Below are positions 37,693-51,410 of a stretch of 64,000 nucleotides of DNA, piece after piece; positions within the stretch are counted from its first letter, which is position 1; every line of letters starts with the position of its first letter. A program made the translations under genes and the position numbers. This DNA comes from Okamejei kenojei. Taxonomy: Eukaryota. The stretch covers positions 23,560,001 to 23,624,000 of the forward strand of contig CM069162.1 in the NCBI GenBank assembly GCA_035221665.1, written 5' to 3'. A model generated the notes under the pieces. That model was not told the origin of the DNA. It ran no database searches and saw only the letters and a program-made list of their open reading frames with translations.

Positions 37693-40600
37693 TACTCACT
37701 CAGCCTGAAGGCAATGTGGCTAAATGTTTGCAATTGAATTGCTTTTAAATAACCAACAAATTAAGCTGCTTGTTAAATACAGCTCCGCTAGATTGTGAGA
37801 ATGTTGATGTTTAAGCTGGGAATGGTAGGACATGCCAGTACGACATAAGTTGGTTGCTTGGGTAAGTACAATATGGTGCAGGTCACTGAGGAACCGTGTC
37901 CTATCCTGCTCAACACTTCCAGCAATGGAGGGAATTGTAACGTATGGCGACTAGTTATTGTGCACACATTGCATTAGTTAGGACAACCAAGGATTCAGGA
38001 AAAATAGATGGGAAGAATGCAGTTGGACCAGGGCGTTGACGAAGCTGAACAACTCCTGAGCTGAATTGCCCTTTCTCACTGCCAGGTGACTAGAATTTTT
38101 TTAATGAAATTAGGCTGCACTGTGCAGGCGTGAGATAAATATATGATTGTTTTGCTCATTATTTCAATAATGACATAAAAGGATGCACATCTTTATAAGC
38201 AGAGTAGTATTGAGTGTAAATAGCATGCAGCTGCTCTGTAACACATACCTTTGCCAGACTTATGTCACATGTAATCAGGCTCTATTTCTCTATATCTCAC
38301 AGCAATTCCACAGGCCTAAATATGAAACATTATCTTAACAAGCGCATGACTTAGATAGCATTTCTGCTCTGTAGACCGTAGGTTTTCAAACTGGAGCGCT
38401 CCCACATGAAGAGATGGACAAAGTGACAATGTTGTGTCTCTACTGTCTCTAGGATCTCTCTCAGTTTCTGTATTTATTAATTTAATTAATCACAATTACA
38501 AAAATAATCTTTTTGGAACAAATAAAAATTGTTCAGTTGGATGTGGGTCAATGCTTTAGAAAGAATCCTGCATAGCTACGTATTAGTGCAGGGGTCTGGG
38601 AGTGTGGAAATAGTTCTTCCCCAGTTGCTTCTCTTAGTAAATAGTTGCTTCCCAGGGAGGCAGCCAGTTTTTTTGGTGTCAGTATTTAAGAAATGCTTCA
38701 GTCTTTACAGAGGATCCTTCAGTTTGTCAATAATACAGGGGCGCCTGAAGGACACATCATTACTGTGATGCGGATCTCCGAGACGGCGACTAACCCTGGG
38801 AATGAAACCGTGAGGAACTCCAGAGTAACGTTTGAAAACCGCTGGTCAGCACACACGAGGCTCACTCTTGGACTGACTCCGTCCACAACATACATATTAC
38901 AGAAACAATGATTTCTTAGAATAATACAACCGGAAATGTATCGGTTTGCAGCATCAACCAAATAAGTACAAGCAGAGTGACAGAATGACAGTACAGTTTT
39001 GAGATGGAAAGTTATAATAGATTATTACCTCCCTCCGCGTATGTAAGGGTTCAGCTCTAAGACTCCAGCAAATGTGGTTTTCTTTTCTCCCAGTGCGCTG
39101 TGGATAGCCATAGTAAAGTGTTTTAGAGGAACCGGTTGTTTTGGTTTGATTGTTTTTTTTTGTGTCCGATGTCATATTGGGTATTGATAAAGGATAATTT
39201 GCCTTTCTACTTTCTTCCTGAAATGCTGAATTACTTGCATTTACTCATGCTTAGTCTCACATTAGGCTGAGACTGGACACAAAGAATTGACACTCGGATG
39301 GCCTTAGTTCCTCATGAGTCAGAACTGGAAACTGAGCTGACCGGGATCAATGATGCAAGGATCACCTTTGGTTGATGTGAACAATCTACAGTGCTTCACA
39401 GCTCTGAATCCGTGTGGGATCTATATTTTCCCAACTCATTCTGGGATTGAAAGCCCCTCGTTATATCTATAATTGCTGAAATTGAGCCAATAATAATGTG
39501 CTTGGATGAATCTCTTTGCCTCCTGTCTCAGCAAAGGCACAAACGCATTGGATTAGTACCTTAATTAAAATAGTGGCAGGGATATTTCTGAAGAGTTTGT
39601 TACTTTGGTGTAGTACCTCATTAGTCACAATTACCGAGACACTGTGAAACTCATTTTTGTATTCAGATCAGTGCAAGAATCAACAAAAGTACCAACATCA
39701 CATTAGGCTAACAACATTTATATATGTGTTTTTTGTCCATTTAAATAGAGATTAATTCCGAAATTTGAAAATGTCTGCATTATTTTCATTTGTGTCATAA
39801 CATCTAAGGAAAGAATAGGACTTTCAGCTCACCAATCTGGAAAAATAAAACCCAGGATCCACACAGTCCTTTGAAATAATTGTTTGCTTAAACACCATCC
39901 AGAACATTGGCTGTTCTGAGATTCAAAGGTTTGTTTTCCTGACTCTTGAATTTTTTTTAAAGGAATTTTTCTTTGGATTTCCACGTGGGTGACGCTTGTG
40001 AATACACAAGTCAGAACGCAGCAAAGGAGTGGACAGGCCTACTGAAGCTGAATGCAATGTTAATAGTTCATGGTCAGCTAACCTAAGCACCGATAGCCCA
40101 CCAGTCACAGAAATCCCTTTCAAATTATCTGTCCTGGTGAATCCACCAATACAAACCAATTCAACTAAAGCATAGATAGGATATTGTTGTTTTACATTTC
40201 TGTGTCAAGACTCCTCTCTCATTTAACGTAGGAATCAGTGTGTTTACATAACACGGGTTTAACACCCACATTTTATTTGCAGTGTAAGAAATTTGATTTG
40301 AATGCATCAATCACAGCAATTTCCAGGCTACAGGCAAATAAAGCACATTTAACGGGATACGGCTCATTAATGGTAAATTCCATCCTAAGATTCAGTTTAC
40401 ATTTGGAGACTGAGTCCAAGGTACTACATTTGAAACTTAATTTTCCAACATTGTAGCCCAGTTTCGACCCAACCTTTCAATGAGGGGCACCCAAAACAGT
40501 TGCTCCACAAACAGAGTTTTTATAACCCCAGATGTGAATGGTAATCTGGCGATCTCTGCAATATCCAACAGTAACTCACAAGTGAAGATTTTCACCTTCC

Positions 40601-42126
40601 TCTCTGGGTTCATTTTCATCCACTACCACTTTAAAGAAGCTGGCAGCTGGCCCTGTCTATCTACACTCTTGCAGGTTCCAATCGGGGCGCTATCAGTGTT
40701 AAGAGAAACGGCATCAGCAGATGTCAGCTGCAGCTTTAACTTGGCTGCGCGGTTCAGATTTCCATCTTAACCCAGCAGAATCTCAGCCTTGTTTGTGCGC
40801 TCTCGTCCCACATGGGACTCTATTGAAAGCTCAGGGTCCACTAAGTCTGACGTGCAAAGTATCTGTTATCCCTCATGTAAACCCACAATGAATATGCTCC
40901 CAGATTAAATAATCTCTTCCATGAATAGTCAAAACATAATCTATGAGCTTTAGATTGGCACATGGATATGCAGGGAATGGAGGTACATGGATCATGTGCA
41001 GACAGAGGGGATTACTATATCTTGGCATTATGTTTGGCATAGACATTGTGGCCTGTTCCCGTGCTGTGCTTTTCTATGTTCCATGTTTGACTGGGGGACT
41101 AGTTGGCGATCTACCGGCAGTTTTATGCCTCCATCTCCAGTAACTAGATTTCACTGCCATCACTCTACCACCGGCTTCTTCCTCCTTTACTCTCATTCCA
41201 AATTGTATTCTGTCGGCACAAGTGTTGATTTATGGCAGAAGTACTACTCCGCGTTTGCTGATAAGTAACAGTTAAACACTGAAGAGAAGTGGGCTATTCA
41301 GCTATGGAAGCCAGCGCAGCTGAATCCAATTCTATCCTCATCCTCGTACAGTTAGTTAATTTTGCTCACCATTACAAGAGGATGCAACACTGCATGAAGC
41401 ATTGCTATCGCATATTGTAATTGTGCAGGAATTTGGAGGTAATGCGGGGGAGGAAGATTAAAAGTGACTGAACAAAGGCAACAAGTAAATGGGGAATAAA
41501 AGGATCTCAAGAGGTATTGAGCATATATTTAGTATTGACGACAAAAGGATCATTTTTGTCGTTTTACTTTGTAGTAAGATGTTAAAATCTGGGTGGTGTT
41601 TCATAACGATAAGAAAAACCTCACATTTTATCCCCTAAAAACTTCCCGATGTTCATCGTGGGTGAGGTGGAGAACTTTGGGAGAAGGTGGATGGGTGGAT
41701 TGCAGTGGATGCAAGTAATAGAAGCAACTGAAAAAAAAAGTGATGCAAGATGTAAGCAAAGCTGAGAATAAGGAGGTTATTATTAAGGAGGTTTTCTGGT
41801 GAGGAGAAATGAAATGAGCTCTTCCTCCATTAAACAACCTTAGGCGATAAAACATACCTCGCTTTTTGGGAAAACCTGGTTCTTTCTTGCCAAGAAAGAA
41901 TCAATTCAGAATGTCAACACATTGTTTTCCAGTTATAACTGAACAGTGTGTTCTTCTCCTTTGCCGAACCGTTCCTTCGGGAATCAAGATGTGATATTGG
42001 CCACACAAAGCACAGCTGAGCTGGAGGATCACAAATTATGCAGAAGCATATTGCAAATTTATGTTCTGGAGGTAAATGGTTCAACTTGGAGAGTTGCATT
42101 CTAGTTGGAAGATAGTAGAAATGTTA

Positions 42127-42313
42127 CGAGTAAGAAGGAACTGCAGATGCTGGTTTACACTGAAGATAGACACAAAAAGCTGGAGTAACTCAGCGGGACA
42201 GGCAGCATCTCTGTCGAGAAGGAATGGGTGATGTCTCGACACGTCACTTATTCCTTATCTCCAGAGATGCTGCCCGTCTTGCTGAGTTACTCCAGTTTTT
42301 TGTGTCTATCTAC
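42127..42313. mobile_element. Asymmetric palindromic PLE-end element with TSD
   Basis: The left arm includes the aagaaggaactgcagatgctgg tail and the right arm lacks it. TSD tagaaatgtta lies at 42116-42126 and 42314-42324. Confidence 0.82.
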
Positions 42314-42329
42314 TAGAAATGTTATGCTG

Positions 42330-43110
42330 TGGGAAGCAAAAGAAGAAATTGCCTGGTTGAGATATATGAACATCATTGGACTTGTGTGAGGTACGGGAAC
42401 ACTGGAGGGTGGCTAATGTTGTGCCTCTATTTAAGAAAGGCTGCAAGGAAAAGCCTGGGAACCATAGACTGGTGAGCTTAACATCTGTGGTAGGCAAATT
42501 ACCAGAGCGGATTCAGAGGGACAAGATGTATATGATTTGGATAGACAGGGGCTAATTGGGCATAGTCAGCATAGATTTGTATGTGGGAGATTGTGTCTTG
42601 AGAATCTGATTGAGTTTTTTGAAAAAGTCACAAAACAGGTTGATGAGGGCAAAGCCTTAGACGCTCTCTATATGGACTTCAGCAAGGCATTTGATTAGGT
42701 TCCGCATGGGAGGCTGCTCTGGAACGTTAGACTGCATGGGACCAGGGAGAGCTAGCAGACTGGATAGAGAATTGGCTTCAAGGAAGGAAGCAGACGATGA
42801 TGGTGGAAGGTTGTTTTTTGGACTGGAGACCGGTGACTAGTGGTGTGCCTCAATCAGAGCTGGCCTCACTGGTGTTTGTGGTTTACATCAATGATTTGGA
42901 TGAGAATGTACAAGGCATGATTAGTAAGTTTGCAGATGACACTAAAGTTGGTGGTATTGTAGAGGATTATCAAAAATTACAACAAGATCTTGAGAAAGGT
43001 TTAAAGGGTTATGGGACAAGCACTGACAGGTAGTCTAGTGTAGATGGGGTACCTTGGTCGGCATGGGCAAGTTGGGCAGAAGGGCCTGTTTCCATTCCGT
43101 ATGACTCTAT
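42330..43110 (+). mobile_element. CR1-type LINE RT fragment (degraded)
   Basis: WRPVTSGVPQ...YINDLD...SKFADDTK motifs; upstream DFSKAFD-like and PLFKKG..PGN.R remnants. Confidence 0.85.
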
Positions 43111-45207
43111 GTTCCCTAGATTAGAGAGTTCTGCCCCAAATTATGTCCTGGCCAAATGTTGAAATATAGTTTTCACCTGGCAATCACAGAGCAAGTATTT
43201 ATTGCTGAGGTCTACCTCACTGTGAGTCATTTTGTTGGATAATAGATCATCAGCCGGCCATCAAGAGCTACATCAAAGACTTGATAAATGTGCAGATGGA
43301 ACTAAGTGGTCATCTCCACTGTTCTGTCCAGCCGACAGATTTAATCATCAGATGCAATGGAAGAATTCCAAGGATTAAGGAAGGATCCCTGAGGAATAAT
43401 GCCTCTGGATAAATCATTTTCTGATCCTAACTGAGTTTAAGCTCAGCAGTCTTTTCAATGCAGAATTTTCACTGAATCCCCACTTGGTTATGTGAAAGTA
43501 ATGACTGCTGTCAGATTGAAAGCTGCAGAACATCAGGTAACATTGTAATTCCCTCTCAACCCAAGTTCTTCTCATGAACCATCTACTTCTTAAATGTGTT
43601 ATGTATTGAATCTCTTCGGGGAGGAGATTGGTTAGTATAATCGATTCCAAAGGGTACACAGCAATTAATTTTGTTCCAATTATTTTACCCTTTCCCATAT
43701 CCCTTTAATTTTTTAACCCTTTCCAGTATTTGAATAGTTCTGATTTGACCAACCATCTCAAAGCAAAGATTCACAGATTCACCGTTGGCACTTAACCCAT
43801 TAAATGAGCTGTCCATGGGACCTGACATACCTTGAACTGGTTTCTGGGACTGAGGTTGTGGTAGCACCAGGGCATTGACTGCTCAACCTGATGGACAACC
43901 CTCTACCAGGTTGGCCATCCTTATTGGCTCAATTGGTTCATGTGATAGGAGCAGAATGAGGCCATTCGGCCCATCAAGCCATCCAATTATGGCTGATACA
44001 TCTTTCCTCCTCAACCCCATTCTCCTGCCTTCTCCCCATAACCCCTGACACCCGTATTAATCAAGAGTCTATCAATCTCTGCCTTAAAAACATCCATTGA
44101 CGTGGCCTCCACAGCCTTCTGTGGCAATTAATTCCATAGATTCACCACCTTCTGTCTTAAAGAAATTCCTCATCTCCTTCCTAAAGATTGTTCATTGTAC
44201 AGGAGGCAGAGTGTTAATTGAGGTGGGGCCACAGCGTGGTCACCCCCAGTAATCTGCTGACTTTTCTCCAGTCCTTTTCTCTGAATTTGTCGGGCATGGT
44301 ATCTGCTTTTGGCTAAGAAGTAAATAACAAGAATCGGAAGTGGTTCACAGCGGTTAGTTGAAACTGGGGTCACCAGTACTTGGAAGAGTGGGCTCTGGAT
44401 GTTCAATGATAACTATTGATGCTTTCCTAGTGCGAGAGTAGCAGATTATTATGAAGTTCACAAATTCACATTCTATGTCATAGCATTCTTCCTGGCTTCC
44501 CATGGTACAAACATGGTGGTCTGTAGCCAAAGTTTAAATGTTTTCACGCAACTATTATTGAAATCTGTGGTTCATCAAGAAGGATTTGACTAGTGCTGAA
44601 AATTAAGGTTTGCGAGACTGAACTTAAGAGCTTTTTTTATGTCTGGTAAGAGAATCAGGGATACACAGAAAAGGAGGGTTATGGAATGGACAAGGCATGC
44701 TGCAACAGAGTGGTGGAACAGGCTCGAGGGAGGAATGACTTCCTCTTGTTCCCAGATCAGTGAGGGAAGCTTATCTTCAGCAAGCTGGTGTCTTCCTCTC
44801 CCACTGCTGGGTCTTCTGGGTTGAGGGGTGATTAAGTTTTCTTCAAAGCTTGCAGTTTCAAAATTCACTTGATGCACTAACAGCCAAGTCTTCTGAGTAG
44901 GCCAGGAATCTGTGTTTAAAGCTAAAATATCCTGAAGCTGTTTTTAATACGGTCCTCAATGACTGATTTAGAAAAGAAAGCTCCCTTTTTGATCTTACAT
45001 TGCGTGACGTGAACACATAAGACACAGTCCTTGTGGGGGGAGGGCGAGAAGGAAGGAGAGCTTAAGGTGGCCTTTAATACAAGGAAACATTGCCCTTTAA
45101 GAGCAACATATCTTTCGCTGTTCTGCAGCTACAAGTTATAACTTAGTCGTGTCAGGCAGGAAACCATTAAGCAAGGAATGATGGAGACGAAGGAATTGAA
45201 AAAGGAT

Positions 45208-45397
45208 CTTGAAATGTCACCTAACCCGAAATGTCACCTATTCCTTTTCTACAGAGATGGTCTGAAGAAGGGTCTCGACCCGAAACGTCACCTCTTTCCT
45301 TTGCTCCATAGATGCTGCCTCACCCGCTGAGTTTCTCCAGCATTTTTGTCTACCTTTGGTGTCTGACCTGCTGAGTTACTCCAGCTTTTTGTGTCTA
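45208..45397 (+). mobile_element. Two nested PLE-end elements
   Basis: A copy starting gtctgaagaagggtctcgacccgaaacgtc (about 45260-45356) interrupts an older same-orientation copy. Confidence 0.7.
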
Positions 45398-45999
45398 AGC
45401 AAGGAATTACCCTCGACATACAACGAGAGTTTGTAATTAGTGAAGAATAATTGGTCTATTGCGATAAAGTATAATGTGCAAAGTTGCTGATTAAAACTGA
45501 AGGGATGAAATTGATTTTTGACAAGAGCACAAACATGAGTCAGCAAAGAACAATGAAGCAAAACCTTTTCTTAAATCACTATCATCCACTTGTTTCATCC
45601 ACATGATATCATGAGCCAGATGAAATTTATAAAGTCATACTGGGGACGGCAGACAGGATTAATCTGGTTGAATTTAAGTGACTAAAAAGACAGCTGCTTC
45701 ATCCAACACTGGCCTCGAGCAACTGATGAAGTTAGTTTGTTGCAAATTAAATCAGCTGGCTAGACAATAATAATATTTTTGAGCGGTGGAGTCTTTAAGG
45801 CTTGAAATCACTCCTTGGGATATTAGCTTATGCAACACATTTGAACTGAATGTATTTGCCCGTTAGTTTATCACAGCTATTTAATCAAAGTTAATTGTTG
45901 TGATGAAACAGTGCATCGAGTCCATCGGCTTTTTACGAGCTCATTGGTGGAATTAAACTTTTCTTATTGCCCACTCCCTTACTAAAGCCCTGAGTCTTA

Positions 46000-46347
46000 A
46001 GGGCCTGTCCCACTGTACGAGGTAAATCAATTCTCCCAAATTTTCCCAATTCGAACTCGGAGAATGTCCGTAGCGGGTCCGTAGGAGTTTGTGGATGTCT
46101 CGTAGCGGCTCGTACGAGTAACAGTAGGTACTCGGGAAATCCGGTAAACTCGTGACGTTTTTTCAACACTGTGAAAAATGTCCAAGAGTAAAGAAAATAT
46201 TCGTGATGGAAAAAAAAGGTTACTTTTGACTCGTACGAGCCGCTACGAGCCATCCACGAACTCCTACGCTATGGACATTCTCCGAGTTCGAATCAGGGAA
46301 AAACTCAGGAGAACTCTTGAATTACCTCGTACAGTGGGACAGGCCCT
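46000..46347. mobile_element. PIF/Harbinger-type MITE
   Basis: Perfect TIR agggcctgtcccactgtacgaggtaa / ttacctcgtacagtgggacaggccct; TTA TSD (45997-99 and 46348-50); long internal inverted arms. Confidence 0.88.
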
Positions 46348-49300
46348 TTACCTTGCAACAAGTTGTGGCCAATTTTCCCTTCCAAAATGCACCATCAAAT
46401 TCAAAGGGTTAAATAGAGACCTTATTTTGAGACTCTACTCAACTCCTCAGGAGCCTGGAAATTCCTCTAAGATTGTAACATTGCATCGACCATCAATTCA
46501 TTCGGAAAAAAAAATGTTTGCCACTTAACAACTGAGTTGACCCATTTAAAGCAAACTGTTAAAGTGGTAAAGGGAACAAAGTAATTACCCATTCATTGCC
46601 TGGTAGAAACAATAGATTTTATTGACGCTCAGCTGATTGATTCCAGTCATTGCATATGTGTTGGCAATTAATAATAGTGTCCTGTTGTCAGGGTTTTAGT
46701 GTACTAACTGGTCAGAATAGAATTTACCTTCCAAGTTTGAGAATCATTTATTTTGAAAATGCAAGAAAAACGGGCAAAAATGGCAAGTTGTAGCAAGAAG
46801 GTACGAGGCAGACTCTACGGGATTTTACTGCTGCTCGACAGCATAAGGCAGGTGGCAAACGTTTACCTTCCACGTGTGGTTTGCATATTCAGACAATAAT
46901 CTAAGTTAGGATTCAGTCTTTCCAATGTATCGCTGCATGTTGCGGGATTGAAAACAGGCATGGGGCTCATGTATCGGTGGTCAGACCCAAGCATCTGCAC
47001 GCAAATTCCCAGCAGACGTTTCTGACTCACCAAAGATCCATGTATTGGTGCAAATTATCCCTTTCATGTTTAAATTTAGAGCAGTGCATAACAATTTCTC
47101 TTCACTGACGGTGACAGTCACAACTCATCATGTTAAAATATTCTCCCTGAGTGTGATGGTACGCAGTTCTCCACTGTTGTGCTGGCATTTTTGTTCCAAA
47201 TCAACTTAAACCCCTTCTATTTCCACACTCCACATTGGTATGCGTCATGAGCTGTGGCAAGTTCCCTTTGCTAGTTCCCACTGAACAGAATTATGAGACC
47301 CAGTAAACCCTGGTGATGTTGATACTGCCTGTGCTAAACATGTATGAGGGTATTAGCTTTCTGTCATTCTTGCCTCCAAATATTTGGTTCGTTTGAGTTA
47401 AGTGGTTCTACAAAAGTGAATGCTGCTTGGCTGCTAACACTCCAGTACATAATTGGCACTGGCAATCAAAGACAGATTTCTCCACAAATGATGAGTCTGG
47501 CTCGGAGCACAACTTGTTGATTAGTTTCAAATTCATAAGCCCCAGGCTCGATATCTCAGCATGTTCAGGCTCAGATGCCATTGAGTTCAGAAGGGTTGAA
47601 GTATTCAGTGTGTTCAAATGGCACCGTGTGTTCAGAGAATAACTTATGCCACACACTGGACACAGCCAACTCCTCCCCAATATGACCCAGGATTTCACAG
47701 CAACTACTCTCCCCCACCCCAACGTGCATTCAATATACATCATAGCTGCAGGCACTTAAAAATATCAGTGACAGTGTCGAGATGCAACAAGACCAAAAAT
47801 CCAGAACACCAGTCCAGCTCATACATAACATAACACAATCATATATTTCTGGAGATCACACTCTATTGATAGTAAATCAATAGAAATAGTGTTGGCCCAT
47901 TAATATTTCTCAGCAGTATCATTTAGTCACAACTTATGTGACCCAAATTAGACTATGAACTACTTTGATATTGTGTTCTTAGAGCAATCTTTCAATCACT
48001 TGTTTAAAGCTGCAATCTATTATAGAAAAGAAATGGTGCATGTAGAAATCTACCAATAAACGTATTCAAGAGGCAGTTTTTAAGGGTATAGTGTTAATGC
48101 CCTTGCAGCATATGAGCAGAGTTAATGAACTAGGAGGGAAGCTCAATTAGCTGTTCTGACATGATATTTCTCACAGGTAGTGGGGACCTGGAATGTGGAT
48201 TGCTATTGTTGTGCCAAGTTTATTGCTCGTGGCCTTGTGATGAACAGACCTAAATGGACACTTTGTGAATTCAAGGCAATAGCTCCTCCTGCTTTGTAGA
48301 GGATATGGGTGGGGGGTGGGGTCAAACTATGGGTTCCAAGTCTGTAGGTTATAGGAGCATGGAGACATTGAGGGAGTTTAGGGAAGATGGAGTGAGAGAT
48401 GGGGGTGACAAATCTGAGGAACGGCAATATTAATTTAATTCTTGTTTGCAGGAGACCAGCAAACAACATAGCCCCCATCCCACTGGATTTAGCTGAAGTC
48501 ATCTGGTTGATTTTAACCAAATGAGTTAGAAGGTGCAAAGGGGTTTTATAGAGGACATGGGAGTTTCAAAAAAAAAAAGGACTAAGGGGAATATTTAGAG
48601 AACAAATAATCATGGCAGTATTAACACAGGAGAGAATGGGAGTAAGTAAACGTCATCTGGAGACGGCTACTGCATCAAAGAACATTTAATGTGGTCATGA
48701 TGCGTCATATTCATGCTGGTACAGAAGGACAAAGTACTAGTACTGACTGGTTAATACGCAACAAAAAAGCTTTTTCACTGTACCTCAGTACACGCGACAA
48801 TAAACTAAACTAATGGAAGAGAATGAATGACATTTTCTAAATATGTCATTGGGTGAGGTGGACAAGAGGGGTGCTCTTCAGTTGTATTTACAAGATGTGG
48901 AGCAGAGTGAACATACAAATCGCCAGTAGTACTGTGCACAGTTGCAAAGATGGAGAAAACTTAAATCTGCCTCACTGTTAGAGACCAGTGCTCAACTGCT
49001 TTATCTGGTTAAGTGATTCTAAATGATTATAGGAGCGAACAATTATTGCTGAGGGAGTTAACAGTAAGTTGGCAACTCTTTGGAAAAATATTGGATCATT
49101 GTGGTGTATTGGTGAGTGGTGTCCAATTTTGCCTGAATATTCTCCTATGTCTTGGGCCATCTTGCTACATTGAGGGTGCTGCTGTAGAAATGAATGGTAT
49201 TGTCGTGCTATGAAATCATGAATCCTTCCAATATGGTGAACAGAGACTCTGTGCAATACTGTACCAGAGCATTTCTCTCCGTGGGAGAGTGAAGGGGTTA

Positions 49301-49879
49301 TTCTGGACACTTTGTAGAATGGTCAACGACCCTGCTTGGAGGATCCAGCACGAAACTAATGTAAATCAACGTGGGGCCAGTCACTGTAGTTGCTCTTGAA
49401 GTACTGTGAGGTGCGCAATTAGCAAACCAAACTCAAAAATAAGCTACGTCGAGGGGTGGGTTGAAACAAACCTGTGATTCTGTTGAAAGTGATAAGACAG
49501 AAACATTCCTTTTTTTTTTAGCAAATTGCCAAGGTAAAAACCAATACTTTTCTAATATATAATGCAGCTTTAAAAACTACCAACAATTCTGATTTTAGCC
49601 TGTAACATCAGCCATTTGCATGCATGCAGTCATTCCATACTTGGTAACTCATGGGTCTGCTAAGGCAGGAAACCTCACAGTGGCTGTGGCCCTTTGTGGG
49701 CTGGCTCATGGGAGATAATACCAAGGTCTCAGGGAGGTTCAGTAAAAGCAAGCCTTCCTAATATGAACAGTACCGCTGGTGCTAACTCATTAGCTCCAAA
49801 GCTCAGGCTCCTAACATCAATAATGGGGAACATAGTACAGACCATCACAATGGAAGACGTAACTAGACGTTGCAAATAT

Positions 49880-51410
49880 TAATGGGATTTGGCAAAGCCA
49901 ACATGGATTTCTGAAAGGGTAATTGTCTTTGACAAATCTAGTGTTGTTTTTTTTTGAGGATGTAACTGGTGGAATTAATAAGGGAAAACCAGTAGACGTG
50001 GCGTATTTGGATTTTCAGAAACCCTTTGAAAAGCCACACCTGAAAGGATAATGTGGAACATTAAAGCAAGTTTTGGTAGCAATGTATTGCCACAAATTGA
50101 AAATTGAGTAACAGGCAGGAAAGAGGAAGATGGAGAGAGGTGTTAGGTGGTGTGACAATGACTAGTTGGTGAAGAACTCAATGGGAGCAGTTTGGGGATT
50201 GAGCTATCTTAGTAAAGTATGTTATAGTTTGACTGTGGATGATCAGCCAAGATCACAATGCATGGCAGTGCCAAGTGGCCTTCTCCTGCACATATTGTCT
50301 ATTGTCTCCTTATGATATAGGAGGCCCACGCCAGATCTCAGAGCAATCCCATCAGTTCACCTCCCCCAATTATTCGCCAGTGGAATTCTCTCTCATTTAT
50401 CCATTGGCTCTCTCCAATTCTCCTACTACTTATCTATCACTGAGGGTGACTTACAATGGCCAATTAAACTACAATTATATATGTTTGAGATATGGGAGGA
50501 AATCAGAGCAACCAGGGGCTCTCTGGCAGAGCATAGAAGCTCCACACCGACAGCATCCAAAGTCGCGCTGGAACCTGGATCACTAGAGCAGTGAGGAGTG
50601 GTGCCACTGTGTCACCTGTAACCCATATCAGTGACTTGGGTGAGGGAATCAAATGTAATATTTCAAAGTATGCTGAATGGCACTACACTAAGTAAAAATA
50701 TGAATTGTAAGGCGGTTACAACAAGGCCTTAAGGTGACTTAGATTGAGCAAATTCATGGAGTTCATTGTCACAGAAGGCTTTGGAGGCCAATTCAATGGA
50801 TATTTTTAAGGCAGAGAGAGATAGATTTTGGATTATGACGGGTGTCAGGGGTCATGGGGAGAAGGCAGGATAATGGGGTTAAGAGGGAAAGATAGATCAG
50901 CCATGATTGAATGGCGGAACAGACTTGATGGGTTGAATGGCCTAATTCTGCTCCTATCACTTATGAAGTACAAAGTATATACTTACCAAAAAGAGTGTCA
51001 TTGGAAAAAATAGTATCTGTCTGGTTCCTGGAATGGCAAGAGTGCCGAATAGGGTGAGATTAGGATTTATATTTATTATGCTTAGAATGAAATGGGATCT
51101 AATTGAAACATACAAAATTCTGAAAGGGCTGGACAGACTGGATGTGGTTTCTAGAAGGGGTCAGAGTCTCAGAGGAGATTTGAGACTGAGATAGGGAGAC
51201 ATGTCTCATAGAGTACGGTGAGCCTGCGGAATTCTCTACTGCAGACAGTTGCAGAGGTCAAGTTATTGAATATTTTTAAGAAGGAGAGAGTTAATGATGT
51301 CAAGATGTACAGGGAGAGTGTGGGAATGTGGTACTGAGTGATAACTGTATTGAACAGTTGAGTAGTCTCAAAGGGCTAAATGTCTTCTTCTGTTCACACT
51401 TTCTGCATTC
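49880..51410 (+). mobile_element. Cluster of degraded CR1 LINE pieces with an old SINE
   Basis: caacatggattt...gtatttggattttcagaa (QHGF / YLDFQK remnants) followed by CR1 3'-end sequence. Confidence 0.6.

Noticed and set aside
45933-46528. 106-aa and 116-aa ORFs
   Set aside because: They run through a palindromic MITE and have no transposase motifs.
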